Part shown: in pieces, positions 52,327 to 63,212 of the stretch
Layout: each line of letters opens with the position of its first letter
How positions within the stretch are numbered: the first letter of the stretch is position 1
NCBI GenBank assembly: GCA_963832745.1
Contig: CAWHVC010000003.1
Location: 32,001-96,000 of the forward strand
Direction of reading: 5' to 3'
DNA from: Candidatus Bathyarchaeota archaeon
GTDB taxonomy: Archaea > Thermoproteota > Bathyarchaeia > Bathyarchaeales > Bathycorpusculaceae
DNA length: 64,000 bases
Translations under genes and position numbers: made by a program
The notes under the pieces: generated by a model
The model's database searches: none
The model's input: only the letters and a program-made list of their open reading frames with translations
Told to the model about the DNA's origin: nothing

Positions 52327-52584
52327 TTATTTTGTCTGCTTTATAGTTTGCAAGGTTTTTTCTGCCGTTGAAACACTAAAAAGTAGATCATCAATGGTTG
52401 CCGTGAAAGTAGCTAATTTGCCTTCACACATAATCTCTGTTACAACCGTTCGTTTTTCCCTAACCGTGTTAACACTCAAACCGACGGGCGTTTTGAAGTT
52501 GTCTGGCGAAACCGCTTTGGCAACCGCATCAGCCGTTTTTGCGTCAATATACTCAAGCGTTATTGTTGCCTGCAAGCTTTTCAC
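52327..52584 (-). CDS. pcc1: KEOPS complex subunit Pcc1
   Basis: AVSPDN...TFTATIDDLL; conserved context after uS15-RecJ. Confidence 0.85.
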   Translation of the reverse strand: MKSLQATITLEYIDAKTADAVAKAVSPDNFKTPVGLSVNTVREKRTVVTEIMCEGKLATFTATIDDLLFSVSTAEKTLQTIKQTK

Positions 52585-54016
52585 CCTTCAACTGTCGCCC
52601 AATCAACTCATCGGCTGTCTTCACGAAAGCTTCAATTTGCTCCATGGAAACTTGAGCGCCAGCCGCAATATTGTGACCTCCACCTTTCCCGCCGTGCTTC
52701 TCAGAAGCTAAGCGCATGACATCGCCGAGGTTTACGCCTTTCTGCAGAGCGGCTTCGGTTGTGCGTGAAGAAATTTTGACAGAGTCTTCGCCGTCTACTT
52801 TGGCGTAGGAGATGAGGGGTTTTTGGTTGTTAGCTAAACCTGCAACCATAATGGAGGATACTGTGCCAATGATTTTTTCGTTGATGAAGTCTTCGCCGTT
52901 GACCACGTAAATATTGGTTAATTCTCGGAGGCGTTCAGGTTTTTCCATAACCCAGCCGAGGTACTTGTTGATGTTTTTACGGTAATCTTCAAGGATAGAA
53001 TTTGATTCTTCGAGGGCTGCTCCACGGTCACCCATGCAGATGGCGATGCCTAAACTTGGGCGGTCCATGCGTCCAGTCGAGTTAAGTAGGACTGAATATT
53101 CTCGCGCGTCACGCAGAGCAGTGTTTGGTTCCTCATTTACCAAGACATAGTTGTTGCCGATTAAGTTGGAAACTTCTACGTGTAACCCTTTTGAAAGCAT
53201 ATAATCCGCAAGGGCTGAGCATAGGCGTTTCTTTTCCTCCTCGTTAAGATCGCTAAGGGAACGTAGTCGTTCTCCCTGCTTAAGATTAATGTTCAATGTT
53301 GCCAGAAACGCTAAGGCTTTGTCTTCTTCGCCGCTTATGCCTGGAATGAACGGGTTAGTGGTGGTTGCCAGGGTACGGTGGATTGGACGGGTTTCTCTGC
53401 CAAAGAATGTCAGGTCTTTTTCTACTTTCATTAAGCCTGCTTGAACAGCGTCTTTGAGAATTAACTCGTTTAAGCCGCCGAAGCTGCGTTGGTCATACTT
53501 ATCTTGCATGTCACCCAAAGCGCCCACCAACGCTACTGGGGCTAAATCAACATTTTTTGGGTTCATTGCTTTAGCTACAAAATAGGTTACGCCTGAACCG
53601 CTAACTTCAGTTGCCCCGTCAACTCCGTATTCGTGTGGGTTTACTTGGGCAATGTTGGGGTTGTCTACTTTAGAGGTGATTTGGTGATGGTCCATAATTG
53701 CAACTTTGACGCCGGGCACTTTTTCGTTTAACAGTTGCAGGTACCCGCTTCCGAAATCGGTTAATATAACAAGTTGAGGTTTGTCAGCAATAATGTCGTT
53801 TATTATTTTGTCATCTACCCACTGCATTACACGTACGCGATAGCGGGCGTCTAGCCTGTAGAGTGCTTTAGAAATGACACCGGCTGCTGCAACCCCGTCT
53901 GCGTCAAGATGTGAGAAACAATCAATAAAGCCGTCCTGCTCAACGGTTTCTAGTATCACTTTTGCAGCCTTATCAGCTGCTGATAAGAAGTTGGCTATTT
54001 GGGTTTGGTTTACCAT
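52553..54016 (-). CDS. DHH/DHHA1 RecJ-like nuclease
   Basis: HLDADG, TDFGS, DHH, GALGD, GGGHNIAAGA. Confidence 0.92.
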   Translation of the reverse strand: MVNQTQIANFLSAADKAAKVILETVEQDGFIDCFSHLDADGVAAAGVISKALYRLDARYRVRVMQWVDDKIINDIIADKPQLVILTDFGSGYLQLLNEKVPGVKVAIMDHHQITSKVDNPNIAQVNPHEYGVDGATEVSGSGVTYFVAKAMNPKNVDLAPVALVGALGDMQDKYDQRSFGGLNELILKDAVQAGLMKVEKDLTFFGRETRPIHRTLATTTNPFIPGISGEEDKALAFLATLNINLKQGERLRSLSDLNEEEKKRLCSALADYMLSKGLHVEVSNLIGNNYVLVNEEPNTALRDAREYSVLLNSTGRMDRPSLGIAICMGDRGAALEESNSILEDYRKNINKYLGWVMEKPERLRELTNIYVVNGEDFINEKIIGTVSSIMVAGLANNQKPLISYAKVDGEDSVKISSRTTEAALQKGVNLGDVMRLASEKHGGKGGGHNIAAGAQVSMEQIEAFVKTADELIGRQLKGEKLAGNNNA

Positions 54017-54121
54017 GCGGGGTTGCCTCTAATGGCAGTAAAAGGCGAGTAATTGGATTTAAAGCTGGCGCACCAAAAAAGCTGCAAAAAAATTTAAAAA
54101 ATAAAATGAAAAGAAATTGGT

Positions 54122-54562
54122 TTAGAAGATTGAAGCGATTTTTGCTACGTATTTGAAGTTCTTAGCAACTTTGCCTTCACGCTTATAGTAACGTGAGAGC
54201 TTGTGGATTCGTGCCTCAATAACCTGCATGTTACGTTTGTTGTGCAGGTCTTTCTTGTTTTTCTCCATGTGAACTGCAAGAGCCTGTGCCTTCTTCATTA
54301 AGTTGGCAAGGTCTTCTGGCATTGATGGATTTAAGTTGGCACTTTTGAGTATGTCGCTTACGCTTTTACCGGTGATTGGTTTTACCAGTGGAATTGCGTA
54401 TTGATCTCTAAGAATTGTGCCTATGCCGCTTAGTGAGTGGCCTTCTTTTGCGAGTTTAATAACGAAGGCTTCTACTTCTTCAGGCTGATATTTGCACCAG
54501 CTTGGAGGTCTTCGACTTACAGGCCGTATTGAATGTGACTTTCCTTTTTCTTGCTTTGGCAA
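54122..54562 (-). CDS. rps15: 30S ribosomal protein uS15
   Basis: GKSHSIRP, IGTILRDQY, MPEDL, IEARIHKLSRYYK. Confidence 0.96.
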   Translation of the reverse strand: MPKQEKGKSHSIRPVSRRPPSWCKYQPEEVEAFVIKLAKEGHSLSGIGTILRDQYAIPLVKPITGKSVSDILKSANLNPSMPEDLANLMKKAQALAVHMEKNKKDLHNKRNMQVIEARIHKLSRYYKREGKVAKNFKYVAKIASIF

Positions 54563-54680
54563 TCGTTACACCTTAATTCTGCACCTTACATCCACAGTAC
54601 GGAGATATTTAAAAATAACTGTTTAAAAAAGCGGTAAACTTACACTTTGTATGTACCTAAATAGCTTTAAACCAACGTTT

Positions 54681-56189
54681 TTACTTTTTGCTTTTTCTAC
54701 TTAGAGAAACGAAGGTAACAATTGCTACAATAGCCAAAATTATGCCCAGCACAATTAAGAGGGCAATCTCCACTAAACCAAATGTTGGCAGTTGGGAAGA
54801 TTCGGCAGGCGCATTTGAGGAGGAAAAGGTGATTTTTACTGAGTGACTGCTGTGGTGGTAAGTGAAGTAGAGCAGCCAACCGTCCCCTTGAGGTTGCGCG
54901 GTATAGGTTATTGGGTTGTTGTCTAAGTACACTTTGAGTCCAGAAACGTCGTTCATTAAAGATTTTGGAATATAGACGTTAACGTAACCAGCGGTTCCGT
55001 TGTTTCCGATAACTCCAAAACTCAACTCTTTGCTGGTTGAATCAAAGGAGAATGCTGAGAGGCTAGAATTGGAAGTCACAGAGAAAACACTCTGTTCAGT
55101 GCAAGGGACAATAGAAAAATTCATAACTTTAGTGACGCCCAAATAGTCCTCGTCACCCTGATAGACCACTTTTAGCATGTAATCGCCTGTTGCGGCTGGA
55201 AACCATAACGCCGAATAAGTCCCATCAGAACACGTGTGAACTGTGGTTAGGTCCTGCCAAGATGCACCGTTTGTTACGCTATAAGACAGCAGAATTTGCA
55301 CGTTTGGAATGCCTGCACCGTTAAAGGTTAAGTCACCGTTGACTTTCACTTTTAGGCTGGATTCTGATAGGGCGCTCTCGCATGTAGTGGTCAGGGTTGG
55401 TATATGTAAGTCTTTGGCTGCTATCGAAAAGTCATCGATAATGTGGGTGCTACATGCGACCATTCCGTTTGATCCGCTAAAGCCAAACACGTCATAGGTT
55501 CTGTCTATTGTTCCCTTCCATTGTAGAACCAGTTTCTGGTCAACATAAACGTCTACTGAGGCGCCTTGAACCTGAACTGAAACGTCATGCCAAACATTTG
55601 GCGCTATGTTGGTGCTGTCTGCCCAAATCAAGTGGTCACCAGTAAAATCCTTTATCAAAGCAATATGATGATCTGAGGGGTCTGCATCTGGATTGGGCTT
55701 GCCTCCATTTATTTCAGCAAATTCATAAGGAATGTTCTGCCAGCCGTCAAATTCGATTCCGTAACCGGGAATAATTGATCCAGTGTTGAAACCAGTGCGA
55801 CCACCAGCAATTCCGTTGGCTCCATAGCTACCTGAGAAATCAAGGTTTGAAGGGTACTGCTGCTTGTAAAAGAACATTACCAGCCCATCGTCGTAATTGT
55901 ATCCTGTACATAGGAAACGGAAGTTTGCTGTAAAGGAGCCTTTAATTGGCGTTTTGAAAAAAGCGATGCCTGTTTGGTCACTTGACTGGTTCGTTAAGAC
56001 CATGTACTGGTTTGTGGCGTCTCTTTGTGCGCTTCCCAAGTATTCCCATGCGCCTGAATTCGTGCTGAAGTCGTCAGAAAAAGAAGTGCTCGATTGTTGA
56101 GCATTTACGGGTTGAAGGATAAACACTAAAACCGAAGTTAACAGGAACAAAAGAGATAGGGATATAGCGATACTGTGGTTTTTTCGCAT
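54681..56189 (-). CDS. Surface protein with legume-lectin/ConA-like domain, Ig-like domains and TM anchor
   Basis: DGLVMFF, YGIEFD, FGFSGS; signal peptide. Confidence 0.75.
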   Translation of the reverse strand: MRKNHSIAISLSLLFLLTSVLVFILQPVNAQQSSTSFSDDFSTNSGAWEYLGSAQRDATNQYMVLTNQSSDQTGIAFFKTPIKGSFTANFRFLCTGYNYDDGLVMFFYKQQYPSNLDFSGSYGANGIAGGRTGFNTGSIIPGYGIEFDGWQNIPYEFAEINGGKPNPDADPSDHHIALIKDFTGDHLIWADSTNIAPNVWHDVSVQVQGASVDVYVDQKLVLQWKGTIDRTYDVFGFSGSNGMVACSTHIIDDFSIAAKDLHIPTLTTTCESALSESSLKVKVNGDLTFNGAGIPNVQILLSYSVTNGASWQDLTTVHTCSDGTYSALWFPAATGDYMLKVVYQGDEDYLGVTKVMNFSIVPCTEQSVFSVTSNSSLSAFSFDSTSKELSFGVIGNNGTAGYVNVYIPKSLMNDVSGLKVYLDNNPITYTAQPQGDGWLLYFTYHHSSHSVKITFSSSNAPAESSQLPTFGLVEIALLIVLGIILAIVAIVTFVSLSRKSKK

Positions 56190-56325
56190 ATTAACACAGC
56201 CTCTTCTGTTCTAACCCTTAGAAGTGCTCTAAATAAAAGACTACTCGTAAAGATTCCTTTACTAACCTTAGTCAAACATTTTCAACTAAAATTTTTGGCT
56301 GATAGCCCCCACGTTTCTGCGTATG

Positions 56326-57063
56326 CTATTTCCATTTTGTCAGGATTTCTTCTCGGCGAAAAGTTGCAGTGGCTACTCTGAACAAGGCTAAATCTACCAG
56401 CAAGAGTGCGCCACTGATTATCAGAATATGGGTTATGTCCAAATATAGTAAGCCTATTTCGCCTGCCAAGTAAATAAGCATAAACGGAACAAACATTAAG
56501 CCTGCGATTTGGTTAGCAGCCCGCACATCGCTCACTTTCGATGATGCAACCACGCTCAGTTGGATACTCATGATTTCTGCAAGCGGAATAACAACAAAAA
56601 GCAATATGATGATATCCCAGTTGGGGTAATAAAGACCGCCCAGTTTGGAGTACGTAAGGTAATCAATGAGCCCCATGTAAAGTGCAACGCAAGAATAGAT
56701 CGCTATTGTAGGCGGTAAAAAAGCGGCTATACTTTTTCCTAAGAGCAACTCGCTGTCAGTTGTAGGTGTTGCCAGAAGGGGTTCAAGACTCTTCTCTAAT
56801 TTTTCGCCCACTATACTGTAAGATGAAATTGCGCTGGGAAGAATCGCCGATGCTATAACAAAGAAAAAGGCAAAAGAGTTCAACAAACCTGGAAGAGCCA
56901 TAGCAGGAATACCGCCACTATCTTTCCCAGCAAACTCGACAACCAACGGAAAAAGAAACGACAATAGCAACGGGAAAAATATTAGACCGTAAAGGATACT
57001 TTTCTTTCGCCTAACGGACTTTAGTTCCTTTGAAGCTACAACCCAAGCAATGCATAGATTCAT
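56326..57063 (-). CDS. ABC-2 type permease
   Basis: SIVGEKLEKSLEPLLATP, LLGK. Confidence 0.9.
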   Translation of the reverse strand: MNLCIAWVVASKELKSVRRKKSILYGLIFFPLLLSFLFPLVVEFAGKDSGGIPAMALPGLLNSFAFFFVIASAILPSAISSYSIVGEKLEKSLEPLLATPTTDSELLLGKSIAAFLPPTIAIYSCVALYMGLIDYLTYSKLGGLYYPNWDIIILLFVVIPLAEIMSIQLSVVASSKVSDVRAANQIAGLMFVPFMLIYLAGEIGLLYLDITHILIISGALLLVDLALFRVATATFRREEILTKWK

Positions 57064-57980
57064 TCGTTCTCCCTCACAAGTTTTAAATAGACTTCTTCAA
57101 GGCTCGAACTAGATACAGAAACCGTTTGGATTTCGCCGCCTGCGTTAACTATTGCTTGGACAATAGACGGGTTTTTCTCATAGGGGTCAGCAAGTTCAAC
57201 TGTTAACTTGTTGCCGTCTTGGACAGTTTTTCCAAGTGACAACTGCTCCACCGCATTAATGATTGCAGTGCTCACTTTTTTAAGCTGAATTATTGTTTTT
57301 CGGGGTCCAATTGAATGCTCTAACTCTTCAGGTTTGCCAACTGTCACAAGTCTATTATTTAGTATTGCTATTCGAGTGCAGACTCTTTGAGCTTCATCAA
57401 GATTGTGTGTGTTTAAGAAAATGGTTTTCTTCTGAGCCTTTAATTCAAGAATAAAGTCTCGCACTGTTTTCGCTGATTCAGGGTCCAAATTAGCTGTGGG
57501 TTCATCCATGAAGAGAATTTCTGGGTCATGAATAAGTGCTCTTGCAAGCGCCAACTTCTGCTTCATACCTTTAGAAAAAGTTCCAGCATAGACGTCGCGT
57601 TTTTCCCAAAGCCCAAGCATCTTCAAGAAACGTTCAATATTCTGTTTTCTTTGTGCTTCAGGAACATAATATAGTTTACCGTAATAGTTCAGGTTCTCGT
57701 AAGCCGTCAAATCCTCATAAAGCCCGACATTATCTGGAACTAACCCAACAAGTTTTCTTATTTTCAAACAATCCTTTTCATCGCCAATATCCAGATTGGC
57801 AACTCGAGCGGTTCCGCTTGTTTTAGCTATAAGGCAACAAAGCATGCGAACCGTCGTAGTTTTTCCAGCGCCGTTAGGACCAAGAAAACCGAAAACTTCA
57901 CCTTCATCAACATGTAACGTGAGGTTATCTACAGCTGTTAATGAACCAAATTTTCTTGTCAGGTTTTCTGTATCAATCAA
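57060..57980 (-). CDS. ABC transporter ATP-binding protein
   Basis: GPNGAGKTT, FSKGMKQK, MDEPT. Confidence 0.95.
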   Translation of the reverse strand: MIDTENLTRKFGSLTAVDNLTLHVDEGEVFGFLGPNGAGKTTTVRMLCCLIAKTSGTARVANLDIGDEKDCLKIRKLVGLVPDNVGLYEDLTAYENLNYYGKLYYVPEAQRKQNIERFLKMLGLWEKRDVYAGTFSKGMKQKLALARALIHDPEILFMDEPTANLDPESAKTVRDFILELKAQKKTIFLNTHNLDEAQRVCTRIAILNNRLVTVGKPEELEHSIGPRKTIIQLKKVSTAIINAVEQLSLGKTVQDGNKLTVELADPYEKNPSIVQAIVNAGGEIQTVSVSSSSLEEVYLKLVRENE

Positions 57981-58081
57981 AAAAATGTCACAGCCAAAAA
58001 CTACAGTTACCTAATTAAGCTGAAAAGTTGCCGTTTGTATATTAGACTTATGCTTTTCAAAAAATCAAAAAAAATAAAAAT

Positions 58082-59014
58082 TTATTTTTTGTAGTATGGT
58101 CTGCGTATATAACCGTACGCTTCAAGCGCCGCAGTTATTCCCTGCCCAACCGCCGTGCCAACCTGCTTTATCGGGTGATTTGTTACGTCGCCCGCTGCGA
58201 AAACGCCTGCAATGTTAGTTTCCTGCCGCATATTGACTTTGATGTAGCCTGCATCGTCAGTCTCCACGCCAGAAGCTTTAGCAACGGTGCTGTTAGGTGC
58301 TTCGCCAACTTGCACGAAAACGGCGTCAACGGTGAGTTCAGTATTTTCGCCTGTCACGTTATTTTTTAGGGCTACTGTTCTTACTTGGCGGTCGCCTTTG
58401 ATTTCTTCAACTTCCGTGTTCCAAAGCACCTTAACGTTGGTTTTCGAGGTAACGTCTGAAACAACTTGTTGTTCTGCCCTAAAAGCATCTCGCCTATGAA
58501 CCACTGTGACCTGCGCAGCTAAACCTGAAAGGTAAAGTGATGTTATGCAGGCTGAGTTGCCGCCGCCGACTACAACAACTTTTTTGCCTTTAAAGAATGG
58601 CCCGTCACAGACGCCGCAGTAGCTTACTCCTCTGCCGCGGAACTCTTTTTCACCTTTAACGTTTACTTCCTTATAATGTGAACCCGTTGCGAAGATTACT
58701 GCTTTTGCTTGATAGGTGGCGTTTTGGGTAGTTACAGTTTTTGATTCACCGTCAAGTTTGATTTCACTTACCGGTTCAAGGTCCCTTACTACTGCGCCGA
58801 GTTTTCTGCATTGAGTAGTCATTCGTTCGGAAAGTTCGCGTCCGCTGATTTCAGTAAAACCGGGGTAATTTTCTACTTTTGGTGAATCAGCAATGTTTCC
58901 GCCGGCTAGTTTTTCGTCAAGAACAAGAGTTTTAAGTCCGCTTCTTACTGCGTAAATTCCAGCAGATAAACCTGCGGAACCAGCGCCAATGATAATTACA
59001 TCCCAGTTTTCCAT
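58082..59014 (-). CDS. trxB: Thioredoxin-disulfide reductase
   Basis: IIGAGSAG, GVSYCGVCDG, GGGNSA, FAAGD. Confidence 0.93.
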   Translation of the reverse strand: MENWDVIIIGAGSAGLSAGIYAVRSGLKTLVLDEKLAGGNIADSPKVENYPGFTEISGRELSERMTTQCRKLGAVVRDLEPVSEIKLDGESKTVTTQNATYQAKAVIFATGSHYKEVNVKGEKEFRGRGVSYCGVCDGPFFKGKKVVVVGGGNSACITSLYLSGLAAQVTVVHRRDAFRAEQQVVSDVTSKTNVKVLWNTEVEEIKGDRQVRTVALKNNVTGENTELTVDAVFVQVGEAPNSTVAKASGVETDDAGYIKVNMRQETNIAGVFAAGDVTNHPIKQVGTAVGQGITAALEAYGYIRRPYYKK

Positions 59015-59064
59015 AAATAACAACCTGCAAAATATTTCTCAAAGAAGTTAAATAATAATTCGAT

Positions 59065-59658
59065 TTAAGCGCCGTTTTTCAGTATTGATTGTGCTACTGA
59101 GAGTCGCCAAGTTGTTAGGTCGGAAAGTCCCGCCAAGTCTTCGACGTTAAGGTAACTACCTACAGATTCGTCAAAGAGTACGTTTGCTGTAGGCGGTAAT
59201 TCTTCATCAGTCCATAAAACAATCGTTTCGGGGATTTCTGGGAACATTTCAATTTCAACCGAGCAGTCTCCGTGGCTTAATGGTTTCCCACCTAGCAGTT
59301 CGGCGGCTTTGATTAGTTCTTGGGGGTTTCTGCCAAAAAACTTCACGATTGGCTCGACGGCTCTTCTTTGGAAAGCGTTTTCGTAAGCGTAACCTCCGGG
59401 AAAATCTTTGAACTTAACCAGTTTGCCGGTTCTTTTGTGTTTGCAGGCTAAAGCATATTTTGTTAGTAGTTCAGCGATTTGTTGGTGCATTGCTGGGTCT
59501 TTAAGTTTGGGCTCTACAGTTTTTTGTTGTAGATTGTCTTGGAGGTCACCTGTTTGCAGGTCTAAACTAAAACCCAAGAAGCGGAAGCAGTTGTTTTTTG
59601 CATTCGTTTCCGATTTTAGTTTGATGAGTATTTCTGGGTCAAGAATTGGGTTTGTCAT
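59065..59658 (-). CDS. DUF3786-family protein
   Basis: VKFKDFPGG..Y..AF, LWTDEELPPTANVLFD, VEDL. Confidence 0.8.
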   Translation of the reverse strand: MTNPILDPEILIKLKSETNAKNNCFRFLGFSLDLQTGDLQDNLQQKTVEPKLKDPAMHQQIAELLTKYALACKHKRTGKLVKFKDFPGGYAYENAFQRRAVEPIVKFFGRNPQELIKAAELLGGKPLSHGDCSVEIEMFPEIPETIVLWTDEELPPTANVLFDESVGSYLNVEDLAGLSDLTTWRLSVAQSILKNGA

Positions 59659-60541
59659 CGGTTTGATATTCGTTTGATTGCTTTTTTCTTTTTCTGGTTA
59701 AAACTAAAGCAGCAAACAGTAAGCAGACAGCCATTGTTGAAGCGGCAACAGTTACTGTTAGCGTAGAAATATCTGACGCTGGTGAGGGTTCTGTCACATT
59801 GAAGTGAACAAGTTGGGTGCCACGGTTTCCCGCAACATCCCAAACGTAGAGCAGCAAAGTGTAATGCCCAAGCTGCAAACCCTCAAGGGTAGTGTTGCCT
59901 TGTATATTAAATTCGCCTGTCCCGTTTAGGTTGTAGGTGGCGTGACTGATGGGTTCATTAACTATGAATTCAAGGGGAACATTGCTCGTTTGAAAGGTTT
60001 TGTTTTCGGTTGTCACCATAGTTATTGCAGGAGCGGTTAAGTCTGGCGTTGGTGCGTGGGTGTCTACGGTGAAGATTATTGTGTCTTGCCAGTTTGCTTG
60101 ATAGTGTGGTCCGCCAGGAGTGGTTGGTTTAAATGGTGGACCTGGAGGGTTTGGGCTGTTTGTGGTGACTGAAGCGGTGACTTTTATGGTTAAATAATGT
60201 GTGCCTTCATGCAGTTCGGACAGTGGCATGTATCCCGTTGCGGGGTTAACTACGTGTATCTCGCCGGGTTTAAGAGCGGTTAAAGGCACCTCGCCAATGT
60301 AAGTGCCATCTAAACTGTATGTCAAGGAGCACTTGATGCCTAAGCCGTATCCGAAAGTCAAATTCAAAGCCAAATTGCCAGTGTTGTAGGTCACGTTGAC
60401 TGGCGAATAAACCCTTGCGCCCGAAGAGAGGACAATACAGTTGGTTGATTCAGCAAAAGCAGAACCCATCTGAACAGTTACCGTTGCCAAAAACAACATC
60501 GCCAAAACAACCACGGCAGCCCATTTTATCCATTTAATCAT
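59639..60541 (-). CDS. Surface protein with Ig-like domains and TM anchor
   Basis: YSLDG, GTHYLTI, WDVAGN; RKRKK after the TM. Confidence 0.75.
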   Translation of the reverse strand: MIKWIKWAAVVVLAMLFLATVTVQMGSAFAESTNCIVLSSGARVYSPVNVTYNTGNLALNLTFGYGLGIKCSLTYSLDGTYIGEVPLTALKPGEIHVVNPATGYMPLSELHEGTHYLTIKVTASVTTNSPNPPGPPFKPTTPGGPHYQANWQDTIIFTVDTHAPTPDLTAPAITMVTTENKTFQTSNVPLEFIVNEPISHATYNLNGTGEFNIQGNTTLEGLQLGHYTLLLYVWDVAGNRGTQLVHFNVTEPSPASDISTLTVTVAASTMAVCLLFAALVLTRKRKKQSNEYQTDDKPNS

Positions 60542-60683
60542 CCTTATTCGCCCATTAAGCTAATTTGAAACACGCTTTTAGCTCTCCTTCGAGAACATAG
60601 TGTTCTTCAAAAAGAACAGCACAGGCGGCTTTAACGCAAATCATAAAAGCCCCCACATTAAAGGTTGTCAGCGGTAATAGTCA

Positions 60684-61208
60684 TTGATTGATCGCGGTCT
60701 TTACGTTGGTAGATTTCAGCCGTTCCATCTTGGACACCTTGATGCCATAAAAGAAGTCCTAAACAAAGTTGACGAACTTGTAATCGTTATCGGCAGCGCC
60801 CAGTACAGTCATAACCTAAAAAATCCCTTCACAGCCGGCGAACGTTTAGTAATGATTCGTCACTCCTTACAAGAAGCAAACGTGGATTTATCAAAGGTTT
60901 GGATTGTTCCTGTTCCCGACGTTCACTTGCACATGCTCTGGGTTCCAGCAGTAGAAGGCTATACACCAAAATTTAACGCACTGTACTCAAATGAACCATT
61001 GACACGCCGATTGTTTATGGAGTCAGGCTACAGGGTTGAAAGCATCAGCCTTTTCGAAAGACAAACCTATTCATCCACGATAATACGTGAAAGAATGCTT
61101 AAAGACGAAAAGTGGACTTCTCTTGTTCCTCGAAGCGTCACTGACTTCATAAACAAGATTGATGGCGTGAACCGTCTAAGGGACCTTGCAAGAACCGACA
61201 AAATCTAA
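60684..61208 (+). CDS. nadM: Nicotinamide-nucleotide adenylyltransferase
   Basis: GRFQPFHLGH, IGSAQYSH, NPFTAGER, SSTIIR. Confidence 0.94.
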   Translation: MIDRGLYVGRFQPFHLGHLDAIKEVLNKVDELVIVIGSAQYSHNLKNPFTAGERLVMIRHSLQEANVDLSKVWIVPVPDVHLHMLWVPAVEGYTPKFNALYSNEPLTRRLFMESGYRVESISLFERQTYSSTIIRERMLKDEKWTSLVPRSVTDFINKIDGVNRLRDLARTDKI

Positions 61209-61771
61209 ACTACCATTTTAGTTTTTGACGCTTTATGGTAAAATGTCCAAGCCAAATAGTAGACCACAAGTAACACTATTATCTGAACTGCAACTGCGAA
61301 AAATGCGTCACCAAATTCTATTGCAACAAAGTTGTTTATGCTGTGTAATGCTACTGCGATTAGGTAATACGGCAGGGGATTCTTTTTAGCTATGCCATAG
61401 GCGGTTACGGCGGCACTTGAAGCATGAAAAACTATTCCAGGTATCCTGACAAACGGCGATACACCTAACACAGTTACGTAAAGAAAGAATTCTGTTATGC
61501 CAAAACCTAGCCCAATTAGAATGCCCAGCAGGACAATGGAGCGTTCTGTTTCGCCGTGACGATAAAACAGCGGAAAAACTTTAGCAAGTTCTTCAATAAA
61601 TGGCGCCAACACTGCGGAGGTTATCAGCAGAGGCAAAAAATTATAAAATTGCCCCCAAAATACGGCGAATGGGACACTGACAAGTAAGCCTGAAAGGAAA
61701 AAGAAAAATTTCTCCCTAACACTTGGGTTATGAATTGGAATGACACATTCAGGTTTAGGGTTGTCGCTCAA
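61205..61771 (-). CDS. PrsW-family intramembrane glutamic protease
   Basis: APFIEELAK, GLGFGITE, FHA, LHSINN. Confidence 0.88.
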   Translation of the reverse strand: MSDNPKPECVIPIHNPSVREKFFFFLSGLLVSVPFAVFWGQFYNFLPLLITSAVLAPFIEELAKVFPLFYRHGETERSIVLLGILIGLGFGITEFFLYVTVLGVSPFVRIPGIVFHASSAAVTAYGIAKKNPLPYYLIAVALHSINNFVAIEFGDAFFAVAVQIIVLLVVYYLAWTFYHKASKTKMVV

Positions 61772-61830
61772 AAAATTTGCCTCTACACAAAAATAGGATG
61801 GGTTCTGCCTTATCAGCCTTTTCCAAGGGG

Positions 61831-63201
61831 TTAGAAGCCTGCAGTGATAAGGTTTTGGGGTTTCATGATTTCCCGTAGCAGAACCGTCGCGTAGCAGCCT
61901 CTAAGTAGCCTAAAAGCTAAAGAAACCGTCAATCCATCAGCACAGTTCGAGATGTCGAGCAGCTTGAAGTCTTTAACAGGAGTTAAAGCGGTTCGTAAGC
62001 TTCCTCTGCCGCCCAACCGTGAGTTAACCGTGACACGGAACCCATCCAAGTTCACGTTTTCCTCAGACAGAACACGCTTTTCCAGCTCACCCATGACACC
62101 GCCTGAAAGCTTCTGCTTAAACCCAACAATCGGTAAAGCAAGCCTCATTTTACCTGCCACGATTGCTTCGTTTGCTTTAGCTTGAGTTTGGACGGTTACG
62201 GTTTGAGCCATATTCACCATCGGCAACCCCGTGCGTTCTACGCCAATCACGAAATCGCCAACTTCAGCCCTGTTTAAGGGTAAGCCAGTTTTGATTCGTT
62301 CGCTTAAACAACGGTTAAACAGGTACGATTGGTATGCTTGAACAAACAGGCCTTGAAGCTTTAGAGGCAAAACTTGGAAAGCACCTGTAAAGTCATTGGA
62401 GTTGTTGTTTAGGTAGTTTAACATTGAGCGTTCGTAACGTAATTGTTTTGGGTAACGTTCTAATGCCGTTTTGAAGTCGCGTGACTCTTGGAGTTCTGTG
62501 CGGGCTTGTCTTGAGTCTGGATGCTCGTCTGGGCTGGGTTTAGCCAGAAAAAGCATGGCTGCCATTTCAAAATCGCCTTTAAGAATTGCTTTGCCCACAA
62601 GATGCGTTATTGGGCGTGTTGTGCCAAAACGTTGGTGCCCATAAAAGTTTGGTATGCCGCCGAGTTGATTGATTTCCTTAATTGTTTGATTTATTTGCTC
62701 ATTGACTATGGTTTGGTCTTGAGTGATGCCGCTGATTCTAATTGTAAAACTGTTTCCCAAAAGGTAAAACACTGACAGAGGATTTCGCAGGTAACCTATT
62801 GGACGAAATTCTACGCCTTTAACAGCTACTTTGGCAGCGTCCTCCATTGTCAAGTTTTCAACAGTAACAAACTGTGCGGTAACCGCTTTGGCATCCTTAA
62901 TACCTGCAATTTGAATACTATTTTGTCCCAATCCAAGCTGGTAAGCCACGTTTTTGGATGCAAGAAAAGTGTCCCAGTTCCGTTTAACCAAAACACAAAG
63001 AAGATGCCGTTGCCGCTCCAACGACGCACCCAACGCCCTCTTCTCTTCAGATGGGCACACTTGAGCTTTGGAGCCGTCAACTAGGACTTCTTCAACTTGA
63101 AAATCTTCAACTGCACCACGGATTCTTCCACCGACACCGCTGGTTTTTGTTGCGTAAACCTCGATGCCGAGCAAACGATCAATTTCAGGTGCAGACTGCA
63201 A
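61831..63201 (-). CDS. truD: tRNA pseudouridine(13) synthase
   Basis: EDFQVEE, AGIKDAKAVTAQ, GNSFTI, PNFYGHQRFG, YATVLLRE. Confidence 0.95.
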   Translation of the reverse strand: MQSAPEIDRLLGIEVYATKTSGVGGRIRGAVEDFQVEEVLVDGSKAQVCPSEEKRALGASLERQRHLLCVLVKRNWDTFLASKNVAYQLGLGQNSIQIAGIKDAKAVTAQFVTVENLTMEDAAKVAVKGVEFRPIGYLRNPLSVFYLLGNSFTIRISGITQDQTIVNEQINQTIKEINQLGGIPNFYGHQRFGTTRPITHLVGKAILKGDFEMAAMLFLAKPSPDEHPDSRQARTELQESRDFKTALERYPKQLRYERSMLNYLNNNSNDFTGAFQVLPLKLQGLFVQAYQSYLFNRCLSERIKTGLPLNRAEVGDFVIGVERTGLPMVNMAQTVTVQTQAKANEAIVAGKMRLALPIVGFKQKLSGGVMGELEKRVLSEENVNLDGFRVTVNSRLGGRGSLRTALTPVKDFKLLDISNCADGLTVSLAFRLLRGCYATVLLREIMKPQNLITAGF

Positions 63202-63212
63202 AATAGTTCGCC

